Source of the DNA: the human T2T-CHM13v2.0 reference genome, Homo sapiens
Direction: 5' to 3' (one strand)
DNA length: 64,000 nt
Assembly: GCF_009914755.1 (NCBI RefSeq)
Contig: NC_060928.1
Shown: positions 41,886 through 56,163 of the stretch, piece by piece
Numbering within the stretch: position 1 is the first letter of the stretch
How the letters are laid out: every line of letters starts with the position of its first letter
Notes under the pieces: model-generated
Told to the model about the DNA's origin: nothing
Database searches by the model: none
Seen by the model: only the letters and a program-made list of their open reading frames with translations
Translations under genes and position numbers: made by a program

Positions 41886-43414
41886 GATTTCCAGCTCAGA
41901 TTTGGAGTCGGTGCAGAGGAAGACATGTTAGTGAAAGAGTACATTCTTAGGAAGAGCTCAATTCTAAAGAAACAGCCTGTTTCACTAAACCCTTAATTGT
42001 GTGGCTCCTCAAAAGCTCAGAAGAAGCTGATGTCAAAATTAAAGCACCTGTTCCACCAAAGTGCTGCGGCATTGCAAGGAAAGCACCCGTTATCTTCATC
42101 TCTGTGCCTGAACACATCTTCTCATGTTTGTTGTCACACTTTGATGAATGCCCCCAGCCAGCCAGCTACCCTACGTGGCTGTGTAAACTCCTCCTCTTGC
42201 CCTCAACCCCAGGGGTGACCTGGTGCGTTAGTGACTCCTGGCTGAGGTAAACGATACGGCACGGTGGTAATGGCAACTGTCAGATCCTTCCCTTTTATCT
42301 CCCTCCATCCACTGTGAAGCGTCTCTCCCCAGCTCCCTCCTACCAGGCATCAAAAACCCAGATAAAGGGGAAAGGAGTTATCTGAAGTATTGTGTGTCCC
42401 CCGTAAGAAATCCAATTATTTATTGTCACTGGAAACATTTTCTTTTAAGTGTGTTAATGAGTGACCTAAACGCATAGTTTTCCTCCTACCATTAACATAG
42501 CTCTTCGTCTATCCCACATTTTAAAATCTTAAACAGCCCTCTCCCTCCTTCAAAATGGAGACAAAAGTTAGTGGAAACACGGTATGGCCAGTTACAACAC
42601 AGAGAAGACACAGGATATTGGAGCCCTGTTCTTTAGTTTCTGGTTTTTGCTTAAAAAAAAAAAAAAGAAAGAAAAAAACCTGCTTCTAGGACTACCACTG
42701 ATGTAATTTTAAAATGAGAGGTGAGCGGTGCCGTTATTCCAGAGGATACCTTTCTTAAGTTCTGCTCTGTGAAGGGCAGGGAAGTCACACAAAAGAATTC
42801 AGTTATTGCAGCCACTTCCTCAGTCCCCTGTATGAGTGACAAGATAGACCCCTGAGGTCACAGGAGTAAAGCCTGACATCCCACTTTGGTGGAGGAATCT
42901 TTAGGTAGACCTAATGATTAGCTTCGTTTTCCAAAAAGCCTTCAACCTTCCCCCACCCTTGGTGCCAATTACAGGAGAGCAGTTGGGGAACAACACACAT
43001 GTCCCAGACCAATAGGGTCCCTGGGGGATCTGTGAATTGGATAGATGGAAGCGTCTTTGAATCCTTGCTCTAGAAAGTGTTTCCACTTCAGGTGTCCCCG
43101 AGCTGCTTAGGGAAAGGAGCTACTGTGCTTTTCCTTGAAGCCTTTTTGCCATTGCCGTGTGTGAGATAAATCTACCAGTGAAGTTTCTAAGGAGCTGGAG
43201 GACAAAAGGTCGGGATGAAGATCTAGCAAGAGATTCCACTTATTGGCTGTGGTCTGTGCCTTCTCTGAACTTGCATGTTCAGAAAGAATGAGAAAGAACC
43301 CGAGGCACCTGGGGCTCCAGGTCATCCCCCCATTATGGTCCCAGACCCACAGCAGATGCAACAACCCACTGAACAGCCGCTCACGTCTCCTGGGCCTCTC
43401 CTCTTCCCTTTGCC

Positions 43415-43637
43415 CAGTGTTTCTCAACCTTGTTTTCATTAGCACCCCTATAACCAGCCTTTCTTAGACACTTTTGTTCCTAATCACCCCCTCCATGAGA
43501 TGTTAATAGCACAGGCATGCTGGATATCTGTTTATGTACTATATTGGCGCTTTACAGCAAGAGAAAGATTCCTGCCTCTTCTCAAGAACCAATTTTTGCC
43601 CCACTGGGGACAATATCGCACCCATTGAAAATGCATG
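43415..43637. mobile_element. hAT-Charlie-type MITE
   Basis: Imperfect TIRs cagtgtttctcaa / ttgaaaatgcatg. Confidence 0.7.
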
Positions 43638-43719
43638 CCCGAACACCTTTGGAGAGCCAGCTGGAATAGGCATGACTTGAAGACGGAGCTGTGGTGGGGC
43701 ATCTTCCCGCGGCCAGTCT

Positions 43720-43915
43720 GGCGGAATGGGAAAAACACACTAACTCTGGGGTCAGAAAGGCTGTGTCAGCATGCCAGCTCCACCTGCCCCTAGCAGGACC
43801 AGCAGGCTAAATTTAGGAAATACCCATATTCCCTTAAGGCTCAGTATCCTCATCTATAAAATGGGAATCATTTCTATCTTCAGATTGTAGTGAGAATTCA
43901 GTAATGAAATCTGTA
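43720..43915 (+). mobile_element. MIR
   Basis: Core ctcagtatcctcatctataaaatggga. Confidence 0.7.
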
Positions 43916-46795
43916 TTACAGCAACAAGCATCCATCATATTGAGTTCTCATCTCTCTCTCTTCCCTTTAGTTTCTGTCAGAAATATAATATTCTGGTTTA
44001 CAAGAGCTAGTTTGGATTCTTTAGCAAGATTTTACTTCCCTTTCCAGAGACATACTGGATTGAAAACTAATTTGCAAACGAATGTAAAATGTGTTGCTAC
44101 TATAGCTGGTGTGTAAATGTTACTATCGAGAGGTAGTAAACCTAATCATACATCAAGGGGAAATAAAAAGTTACGCACATACTCAAACTTTACAGCTCGC
44201 TGAAATTTCTTTGCACTTGAGAAACTGAGTATATTAATCACCCTCTTCTCCCTACTTTCCTTCCCTAATAAAATTTCACTATTCTTTATTTAAGGTTCCA
44301 TGGTAAGATTAGCAACAAAATAGAAAGCATTTTCTTTCTTTCTGAAGGTATAATAGACTCCCTCAGGTACATCACTCAAGAGAATTATGAAGTAAGTAAG
44401 CCTCTCAGATGAGATTTTAAAAGGTGACTAACTTTCTCTGGTCTGCCCACCATCTCCTTTCTATATACCCGAAAGTCAGGGTTTGTTTTTGAATTTAGCC
44501 CATTGATGGGGAAGGTGCAAGAATGAGAGTGCTTTGGAAAGTTTGTGATGGAAGCAGCAGGGCTTGGTGGCAGCCTAACTGGGGAAGAAAAAGAGTCTAA
44601 AATTCCTTCACATGATACGTTTCAAGAGACACTAATCTTCCATCAAGTACAAAATGTACTTTAATGCATACTGAAAACTAAGAAAGTCACAGTTATTTTA
44701 AATAAGTAAACAGACAAGATTAAATGACATTAAATATCAAAAGCTAATTTGAGTTTCTGGCATCAGAGCCAATGCTTCCTCCACACATGTGGGTAGTGGG
44801 TGATAGATATTCCTGACTTGGATTGTCACCAGCCTTCAGAGTTTGGGATGTCATCAGTCACCCATGGGAACAGTGAACGATGAGTCAGAGACTTCCGTGG
44901 AGAAAGTGCTCTTCTGGGAGGGAGTTCACTGCTATGTCCGCTTGCATATAATAGGGGCACAGTAAATGTTTATTGATATGTGGTTTTTCTTGCTTTAGAG
45001 AAAAGATAAACAGTCTACTAGTGTGTGTAGGCAGTGATATGTTAGGGTAACAGATAAAGTCTGAAAACTCAGTGACTTAGCGCCATGAAGGTTCATTTCC
45101 AGCACACACAAAGTCCATCGCGGTTCCAGTGACTGCAGCTGTGTCTTCCATGTCATTGAACCAGCTTGCTTATGACCACGGGCTTTACCCATTCAACGTG
45201 CAACTTCAGGCCAGAAATGAGGCTTATCCACTTCCCCTCTGCAGGGGCTGAGCCTGCAGGGGAGCCTGGGAAATATCTGCTGAGTATTCTGTCTCTATCA
45301 CACATGGGTGGACTTCTGCACATCTACCTTTCAATACCAGATGATGGGTTCCTCTTGACTGTGCTTCCTATTGATTTGGGATGGATGGGAAAGGACTAAC
45401 TAGAATTATTTATTAAAGGGCCAGAAAGCTATTTCCCTCCCAAATACATCAGCTTCTGAGCAAAAAAAAATTCAGCACGGTTGGCTATAGCAGTAGAACC
45501 ACCAACTAGCAAAAGCACAGCTATTGTGTAGTCCACGCTATGTTAGCTACAATTTGAGTGATAAATTTTAAGCTTAAGAGGTCAATGAATATCGGTTGAT
45601 ATTAATGAATACTCATCAGCTGACAAAGTCAGCATCTTATTTACCCATGTCTTCTTCCTTCCTCAAAGTATTTCTGGAATAAAATGGGATTTAGTCTCCC
45701 ATGACTCTGTTCCTTCTGGTAAAAGCCAGTACTCAAACCCAGGAGTTTATCCGAAACGTCCAGACATCTGGGACCACAAATAGTGAAAAATGGGACTGTC
45801 CCAATAAGCGCAGATGGCTAGTAAGCTTGTGGTACCATGGACTCATTTGCAGGTATGAGATCAGTCGTGATGGAGCCAAGTTATTTTCTTTTATGAACTT
45901 TTAATGTTTTTTGGCATACTTGAAAAGTGCAATAAAAATGAAAAAATATTCATCAATATTAGTGTATCTCTGTAGTCCTACTGTTGCATGGTAATATCAT
46001 TAATTATGTATGGCTCCCACAGGGTAGTGTGTTTCAAGGGAGTGGAAATTGAATACAAAGTCTTTTATTCTTGTTTTCACTCCAACTCAAGTCATTAGTT
46101 CTCTCAGCAGATCTGCCCCCAACCCCAAGCCCCCAATCCTAATGCCCCCATCCTTGCCCACTCACAGCAACTTTCCGGCAAGCCAAAGCGCTATACCTTG
46201 AAGTGAATTCGTGGTTTTCCTCCAATTCTCAGCAAGCGAGCATTCCTATTTTGAGAACTGGCTTAGGCTAAGATGGCCACTCATTTCTCCAAGTGCCGTC
46301 AGCACAATTGTATTTTGTGTGTGGCATACACATTTACCTTCCGCCCTTGGAACAGTGTAATTGCTTGACATTTTGGCTGCCTAGACACATTTGTATCTCT
46401 GACCCCCCAGGTCCCATACCCAGAGCAGTGACAGGCTGGGACGGGTATCTGAGAGAAAACATCTTCCTCCTCCCTTGTGAGCCGCTCCTAACAGCTGCGC
46501 TCCGTTCCTGAGACCCTCCTTGCTTTTTCATCCTCCGCAGCCAAGAAACTGAATTGAATCCACTTGCAGGGCCATCCTCTCCTGAAGATGGCAGAATCTG
46601 AACAGCCAAGTGAAAGACAGGGGGGCCCCCACAAGCCCCTGTCCTACCCACGGATCCCGAAATAGAAGGAAATGCCCTAAGCTAGGAAGAAAAGCGCACC
46701 AAGAAAAGTGCATTCTGAGCCACACCTTCCATGTGGATAAAGTCAAGACTTGGGTTTCTGGAAGCGGAAATCTTGTCACTTTCCTTCATCATTCG

Positions 46796-46980
46796 TTTTT
46801 TCTTCCTCTTCCTCTTCCTCCTCTTCTTCCTCTTCCTCCTCTTCTTCCTCTTCCTCTTCTCTTCCTCTTCTCCTCCTCCTCCTCCTCCTTCTCCTCCTCC
46901 TCCTCCTCCTCCTCCTCCTTCCCCCCTTCCCCTTCCCCTTCCCCTTCCCCTTCCCCTTCTCCTTCTTCTTCTTCTTTTTT
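46796..46980. repeat. Polypyrimidine (CTT)/(CCT)/(CCCCTT) tract expanded from an antisense Alu tail
   Basis: Pure C/T; abuts the Alu 3' end fragment at 46981-47038. Confidence 0.93.
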
Positions 46981-47421
46981 AGAGACAAAGTCTCACTCTG
47001 TCGCCCAGGCTGGAGTGCAGCGTAATCAGAGCTCACTGACCGATGGAGAGGGAAGCCAGATGGGGACAGAAAAGAGGTTTAGGGGCGAGAGGGCAGACAG
47101 GTAAATACAGAGAGGTGGAGACTGATGGCAGAGGGGAGGGGCACAGGGAAGGAACAGTGCCCTGCCCTTCTCCCGATCACACGCGGGAGGGCAGTATGTC
47201 CACCCGCATTTGGCCCGCGGGGTCGCAGCACAGTACTGCCAGGAAAAGGCCCGTTCCCCAGGAAGTGGGGATCACCAAGGGGGCTGAGCTCCTTTGATTC
47301 CTTCTGAGAAATCCTCCTTCCCTTTCCGACTCCCCTCCAACCATAAGCCACTTCTCAGGCCTGGCCATTCTCCTCTCTCATCAGACTAGACAGAGCTGGG
47401 GGCATTTGAAGATGCAGACTT

Positions 47422-47492
47422 CACGGAACGTTACCAACGTTCCACGTTATCACGGAAAGTTACCAACGTTCCACGTTACCACGTTACCAACA
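47422..47492. repeat. CpG-rich 29-bp tandem repeat (two copies plus partial)
   Basis: cacggaacgttaccaacgttccacgttat / cacggaaagttaccaacgttccacgttac / cacgttaccaac. Confidence 0.9.
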
Positions 47493-47584
47493 TGCCTCCT
47501 CCTCTGTGAAGCACCCCCGATTGCCCCTCCCATCCTCCGTCTCAGTGCACTGTTTTCACTCACCCGCCTCTCCCTCCGGCTCTT

Positions 47585-47700
47585 GAGCTGAACGAGGGCA
47601 GGGACTGTGTCGTGTTTGCTGTTGTATTCTCGGTACCCTCTAAGGTGCCTGGGGCATGGTAGGAGACCGATAAATATTGGACAAATAAATTAACAAATGA
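47585..47700 (+). mobile_element. L2 3' end
   Basis: gagggcagggactgtgtc...gtgcctggggcatggtagg...ataaatatt. Confidence 0.75.
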
Positions 47701-48006
<306 letters not shown>

Positions 48007-48730
48007 TTAACAGATGAATGGAGCACATTATTACTTCTAAAAACGCAATGCTGAGTGTGGCATTCTTCTGCAAAAATAGAGACTGGAACCCTTTGCATGT
48101 GGTTTTTCCCTCAAGGAAAACCAGGGCTAAGGAAATTCAGCCCTTCCGGACAACACCAAGGAAAAGCCTGGCCAGCACAAAAAACCATTTAATTTCCTTT
48201 CACAACATCTCTGGTCACCACTGTTCTTTATTTAATCCTATAAATCCCTCTTTATAAATTTACTTATTTATATTTAAGTTAACATGGATACTCATTCACT
48301 ACTACTGAGTTTTTCAAAACTATGTGTCTGTCTCAGCATATTTTATCGTCTGAAGCACATGCCTGGCCAGCTGCTAGAGCCGCTGGAACCGGCGTTTGGA
48401 TCAGTGCTGGAACACGAGTCGGGGCCAGAGTGATTCCTGCTGCGACTGCTGACAGCCAGCTTGTGAAGCACTCAGGTGCTGATAGACCTGGCATATAAAC
48501 AAACCTCGACTTCTGATAATATTTCTAAAAGAATTAAGTGTTGTTGGGTAGACCGTAGTATATGATGACAGAGGCTAGACATTCTGGCAGAACCATCTTA
48601 GAAATGAAAATAGACATATTATCATTTAAATTTCCAAGGAAACTTATAGCACTGGTATATTCAATCTGAGCGACACGTTCCCTGTGGATAACGTCGAGGC
48701 TTCGGTTTCTGGAAATGGAAATCTCGTTAA

Positions 48731-48907
<177 letters not shown>

Positions 48908-49179
48908 TGATTCCTTTTAGTTTTGTTGAAAGTAATCGACTCAAATTGATCATCTTTTAGAGAATACGTGAGGGATATGGTACCTAACAGAATTCTTACC
49001 AGCTATCAACACAAAGAGTGGACCAAGCCAATCAGACCAGGTTAAGTCTGTAACACTGTATGCTAAGTGAATTTCCCAAAGACCTGTTGAGACGCTAGGC
49101 TATTCCAAGTGGCAGAAACCATCCCATCTGGTGTCTGCATTCTCTTGTCCTTATTCTGTATAACTTCACTGCAGTTCCT

Positions 49180-49405
49180 CCAGTAAAAGGCACAAACTGC
49201 CCATTGTGGGCTGCATTTGGCCTACAGACATTTTCCTTTGCTCACTCAGGAGTTTTGAAAGTTTCCGTTAGGTGTTGACATTTAAAAATTGGGAGACCTC
49301 ATTTAAAAAAAAATCTAGGTTTTATTTTCTCTTTAAAAATCAGAAGATGTAGCAACACTGAATATGAATTCTTTTATGGACACATTGAGCTCAAATAGGA
49401 GCAAC
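49180..49405. mobile_element. Old hAT-Charlie MITE fragment (MER102-like)
   Basis: gcacaaactgccc...gggctgcatttggcctacagacat...aaatcagaagatgtagcaacactg. Confidence 0.5.
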
Positions 49406-49439
49406 GGACTCTCTAATAACATTGATAAGAATAATAGTA

Positions 49440-49990
<551 letters not shown>

Positions 49991-50089
49991 GTTAAATACT
50001 CATAAATGCAGTCTCCCAAATGATGCTGGGTAGGAACAAACTATTGTAGGCACACGGATGTCTAGATGTAAATGCTGTTGTGACTAACA

Positions 50090-50350
50090 TATAATAGTTC
50101 AAAAGAGTATGGGGTCTGGAGTCAGATTCCCTCCATTTGAATCTAGTCTCAGCCACATTTCACCTGGGAGAACTTGGGCAACTTGATTAATATTTTTAAG
50201 CTTTAGTTTCATCCGTAAAATGAGGAAATAGTACCTTCCCCATGGATTATTTAGACTTTACAGAATTAAGTGAGGTAATAAAATCCTTATCCTTAGCATA
50301 AGTAAGCAGTGGCACATAGTAAATGCTCAATTAATGGTCACTATTGTTAT
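50090..50350 (+). mobile_element. MIR
   Basis: tctggagtcaga...ttgggcaactt...gtaaaatgagg...tggcacatagtaaatgctcaa. Confidence 0.8.
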
Positions 50351-50587
50351 TTTTATCTAGGTAACTTTTAGCACTGAAAATTTCATATGTGTCTGATTGA
50401 GAGAAGTCTTAAGCTGATGCAAAACATATTCTCCAATTTCTAACATTTTGTAGTTTAAAGGAAATTATTTATAGACAAAAATAATACGGCTCTTTGGGAA
50501 ATAGTGCTCAAGTACTATTTCGCTGGAGAGCACAAACATATAAAATGAAACGCCGCTTTAATTTTAGTTTCAGTCTTTCCTTAAGTA

Positions 50588-52584
50588 CAGGAGTCCCTCC
50601 TTATCTGTGAGGGATATGTTCCAAGACCCCCAGTGGATGCCTGAAACCGCAGACAGTGGCAAACCCTATATACAGCAATTTTTTCCTATGCCTACATACT
50701 TATGATAAAGCTTAGCCTATAAATTAGGCAGAGTCAGAGATTAACAACAATAATAATAAAATGCACCAATTATAATGGTACACTGTAACAAAAGTTATGT
50801 GAATCTGGTCTTGCTCTCTGTCTCAAAATATCTTACTGTACTGTACCCACTCTTCTGATGATGATGTGAGATGATGAAATGCCTTTGTGATGAGTGAAGT
50901 GAGGTGAATGTCATTGGCATTGTGACATAGTGTTAGGCTACTGCGGACCTGCTGATGTTATGTCAGAAGGGGGATGAGGTGCTACAGGTGGTCCAGGTCA
51001 CTGGGCCATGACAGTGTTGATGGTTGAACGTCAGGAGCCAATGATGTTGATAGTTGGGGATCCTGGATAGTTGAAAGATTTTTTGCTGAAAACTTTTGGA
51101 AGAACATTGTAATCAGAAGTTGTCCCTAACTCTTCAAAGCTTTGCTGCAGACGTTCTAATCCTTTGGTGATCATGCAGGTGACTTTAATGCTGCATTCCA
51201 ACTAAGGATCACATTTCATAATTTTGTCTTTAAAAGTCTGTGAAATCTGAAACACTTCAGCAAATGTTGGTAATGTCCACATTGCTGGTTCTGCTTCAGT
51301 TTCTTCTTCCTCTTCCTCTTCCTCTGTAGATGACTCAAGTTCTCCCAATTCCTGGTTTAACACTTGTCAATGGCCTTCAATGTGTTCTCCCACTTCCTGT
51401 CAAGCAGGTCGGCAAATCGTTCTCCACCAGCTTGTCTTTCTGCATGAGTGATTTTCCTAACTTCTTCAATCCCAGAAAGCCTTTAAAATCATTCTTGACT
51501 TCACTCCACAGGTTCTTGCAGCAGACATTTATCATTGCTGGTTTCGATTCATGCATTGTAGCTTTGGTGAGTGTTATTGTGTCAACGATAGTGAATAATT
51601 TCCAGCACCGCATTGTGTCCAGATTAGAGTCTGCCTCGATTGCTGATCAAAATCTCAGGTGGATGTATATGGTTTTGACAAACCAAATGACGTCATGCCC
51701 TGGACAAAGGGCTGAAGCAACAAGGTTGTAATCGGAAGTAAAAACACAACCTTGACATTTTAATTTTCACAACAAACAAATTCAACAAAGGTTGTACTCC
51801 GAAGTAAAAACACAACCTTGACATTTTAATTTTCACAAAAACAAATTCAACAAACAAAAAAATTGTCCAGGTGCAATGTCTATTGTCCAAACAGGACTTT
51901 AAATTCCAACTCTTCCACTTCCATTTATTTTTTCACTTCTGGGATGAAGCATCGGTGAAGCCATTCCATAAACAAGATGATTCTCACCCACACTTTCTGA
52001 TTATTTTGACAGAAGATGGGCAGATAATTTGGGGGGGTTTAAATCATGAATTTTTTTAATTTTTAATTTTTGTGGGTACATAGTAGGTGGTGGTTGTTGT
52101 TGTTGAGAGCACATGCGTTCTTCACTTTGTGCATGACACCTGGCTTTATCGTATGCCCTGCAGCATTGCCACCTGGTACCAGGGTTAATCTGCCCATCCG
52201 TGCTTCATGCCCCAGTGCCTCCTTTGAACTTTTATGAATAGAGGTTCTATCGGGCATCTTCTTCCAGAAACACCTCGTTTCATCACAGTTGAAGATTTGC
52301 TGTGGATGGTATTCCTTCTTCTTAATCAACTTCCTCAGCTCTGCCAGAAATGCAGCAGCTGCTTCTTCATCAGCAGGTGCAGCTTCTCCAGTAATGTTTT
52401 TATTTTTTCGTCCAAACCTATTCCTGAATCTGTGTAACCATCCCTTACTTGTAGTAAATGGCTTGATATCACTTGTTTCAGGGGACCCCTTGCTCAAGGC
52501 TTCCTATAAGTTCAGTGCTTTATGGCACAACGCATTTGTCGTCAATTGAAACACATTTTCCATTCATGTCCTCCACCTGCAAAT
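50588..52584 (-). mobile_element. Tigger7-type autonomous-class element with decayed pogo/CENP-B transposase
   Basis: MER44-type TIR end after TA; ORF 52063-52497 SKGWLHRFRNRF...IFNCDETRCFWKKMP; DDE-region fragment in ORF 51377-51613. Confidence 0.88.
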
Positions 52585-52849
52585 CTAGGTGGTTCAACCT
52601 ACTACACACCTAGGTACGTGGTATACCCTACGGCTCCTAGGCTACAAACCTGTATAGCATGTGACTCTACTGAACACTGTAGGCAATTGTAGCAAAATGG
52701 CAAGGATTTATGTATCTGAACATATCTAAACACAGAAGAGGTACAGTAAAAATATGGTATCAAAGACAAAAATGAAACACCTGCATAGGGCGGCTCCATG
52801 ATAATCTTGACCGATGCTGATCGAAACATCGTTATGTGGTGCACCCCTG
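52585..52849 (+). mobile_element. Tigger3 (MER7/Golem) terminal fragment
   Basis: ctactacacacctagg...ctcctaggctacaaacctgta...cgaaacatcgttatgtggtgca. Confidence 0.85.
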
Positions 52850-52918
52850 TGTTTATAAAAACCTAAAATGGGCATACTTTATGACCAATTAATTTATCTT
52901 GTATAAATTAATTTTAAA

Positions 52919-53216
<298 letters not shown>

Positions 53217-53299
53217 TTAAAATATGATCTCATTGATGAAAATGAGCAAAAAGTGATAAACCATCCAATAGGAAAAATAGGCAAAAGATATGAAAAATA

Positions 53300-53969
53300 G
53301 AGCCATCGTCCCTGTGTTCCAAGACCTCCAGTGAATGCCTAAACCATGTTTTCTGTTCATGTGTTCCACCCACAAATTTGATGCCTTTTTTCCACCTTCA
53401 CTGAGCGCTTACCACACGCTGTGGCCATGACTATAGCAATCTGATGTGCAACAGCAGAACCAGCACACATTTCTCATTCCTTCTTCACAATTTCACGATA
53501 GAAGATTTGACCTTACTGTAGATCTTAAGAACCTCAGCGTACAAGTTTTTTCCTTCCTTATAAGTTGAAAACTTTCTCTTTTTCACATTCACATGGCTTC
53601 TCTTTGGCATATCCAAATTGCCAGCATCACTACTCTTGCACTTTGGGGTCACTAGAAAGTAAAATAACGGTGGCTTGGATGCGAGCATTGTGATACCCAA
53701 GACAGTCAATCTGATAATCAAGCTGGCTAAGGGACTAGCAGGCAGGTAGTGTACACACCACAGATATGCTAGACAAAGGAATGATCCACCTCTCAGGCGG
53801 GACAGAGCCAATGTTGCAAGATTTCATTATGCCACTCAGAGCAGCATGCACTTTCAAAACTTATGAATTTTGTATTTCTGAAATTTTCCATTTAATATTT
53901 TCAGACCAAGGTTTGCTGCAGGTAACTGAAACCATGGAGAGCAAAACTGTCCATAGGGGTAATCCATTG
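53300..53969 (-). mobile_element. MER44-type Tigger7 deletion derivative
   Basis: gttccaagacctccagtgaatgcct start, ggtaactgaaaccatggagagcaaaactg end; N-terminal transposase remnant in ORF 53485-53811. Confidence 0.8.
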
Positions 53970-55698
53970 CATTTTCAGTAAGTATTTATTGAGCATCTAC
54001 TATATCGTATTCATCATTCTATCTCTAGTATTTTAGCCTAGCCTATAGTAGGATTCAGATAAATGTCTGCAGAACGAGTAAAGCCAAAAGTGAGAAATTG
54101 ATAGAATTTGGTTTGTTCTTCCAAAAGGTAAGATGCCAGAAAAAATTCTGAAAATCAGTTCACGTTAGAGTAAGCAAACAAAAAAAAAGTGTAATCAAAG
54201 AAATTTTCCTTGTTAAAATCAGAATGCATTAATACTAATGAAAAGGAGAATGCAGACCCCGTCTGACATATTTTATACTGTTTAAAGATAAACATTTGTG
54301 CACTGCAAGCCGCAAATGGATTGAAACTCCAGTGAGGACTTTATAAGCCATCTGCTAGTCTACTAATGAGGCTAGTAACTATCATTGTTTACGGATAGGC
54401 ACCAGGGGTCATGGGTATTTGTTATAATGAAAGTTGCAATGCATCACTGCAGAAACTAAAAGAGCCTTCCTTCATAAGGGCTAATTACAAATATAATAAA
54501 ACAACATTTAAAAAATCTCTTGAAGTCCACAGAGAAACCTAACTTGGCACACCAAGTACAAACAGTAGTACCCGCTCTGTTTGCATTTAGTGGATTCTGA
54601 TTACAGAAGCCATATCATATTTAACTACTAACAATACAAGGCCACCGATGGGTCCTTTGCCTCAGATCACTTAATCACAAGACGCTTTGTGAACCATCTG
54701 GATCTCTGAGATATTTGCTCTGACAATCTATGCATAGAGTATGCAAACTCACAGCAAGACCCATGGGGTTTTTGTGTCTGTGTGTGTGTTTTTAATAAGA
54801 TGCTACCTTAAAGTTCTGCCTCCCTGGTGTCCACACTGAACTTTGTGAGTTAGTTATCTCAGTGCAGGGGTGGAATGTGAAAAATTGATTGCTTAGAGTC
54901 ATAGAAACAAAGGAACTAATAGGCTGACTACATTTTTTTACTTTTTATTGGCAATTTTAGCATCCTAAATATGTAGTCCAATCTTAATTGTTTTGGCCAA
55001 TAGATAGTGGCAGTATCTCCACAGTCCAGTGGAGAAATAATTTGGCCTGTTGCATTAGTGGATGACAACCACATCAATTCATGTGTTCCCAGCATCTCAG
55101 ACTAGGAAAACTTAAGAGTCACAATATGAAGGGCTTCTTATAAAATGTTATATCAGTAACAGTATCAAGACCTGAGATCTCCCAGATGAGAAAAGGTTAC
55201 CTATTTTATTAAAATTGCCTGTTAATAGGATTACTAATAATAAGACTACAAGAAGAAAAATGTCTCATATTTGTAGAGTGCTTCTCGCTTATTCCAAAGC
55301 CTTGTGCATGAAAACCAAAACCCAAAAACCACTAATATATGCACATCCCCTAAAGAATAGCCAATAAAAACGTGAAAATAGAAGAGAAATTAGGTGGATC
55401 TCGCACTACCAAATAGGAAAACATACTAAGCTTAAGTAAAGTAGTGCAGTGCAAATGCAAGAGTAGAATAAGGGATCAAAACATGGAACAGAAAGAAAAG
55501 AGATTTGCCTGCAGGGCTGACATGAAGGGCGCCCCTGAAATTGTGCTGAAGGCATATAAGAACGTGTGTGTGATCAACGTGGCAGTGGAAATAAATGGAG
55601 AAAATAAAAATGATTTCATGAGTACTACCGAGATAATATGTTAACTTTCTGGAGAAGGAATGAGATTCTTATATTATATGCAAAAATAAAGTCCAGAG

Positions 55699-56046
<348 letters not shown>

Positions 56047-56163
56047 TTAAAAATGTGAGCAAATATTTAATTTGCAAGAGAGGAAGAAGAAGAGAAGGCA
56101 AGAGGTGGAGAGCAGTGTGGCTCACACCCCCTGGGTCATCCTTGTAAGGCTATCATGCATCCC

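Noticed and set aside
43264-43283. Inverted repeat tctgaac-ttgcat-gttcaga, vaguely p53-like
   Set aside because: A 7-bp stem is expected by chance and the half-sites do not fit RRRCWWGYYY twice.
41890-46100. Short ORFs and isolated splice-donor matches in unique DNA (e.g. ~42247, ~44391, ~45853)
   Set aside because: I could not pair acceptors and donors or recognise any protein; the frequency looks like chance.
46610-47104. Poly-S/P/L/E/R ORFs
   Set aside because: They are reading frames of the C/T microsatellite.
47422-47492. CRISPR-like array (29-bp palindromic repeat)
   Set aside because: The repeats are adjacent with no spacers, there are no cas genes, and the DNA is primate.
51377-52497. 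Domesticated TIGD/CENP-B-like gene
   Set aside because: The transposase is broken by frameshifts, a tandem duplication and an L1 fragment, and keeps its TIR context.
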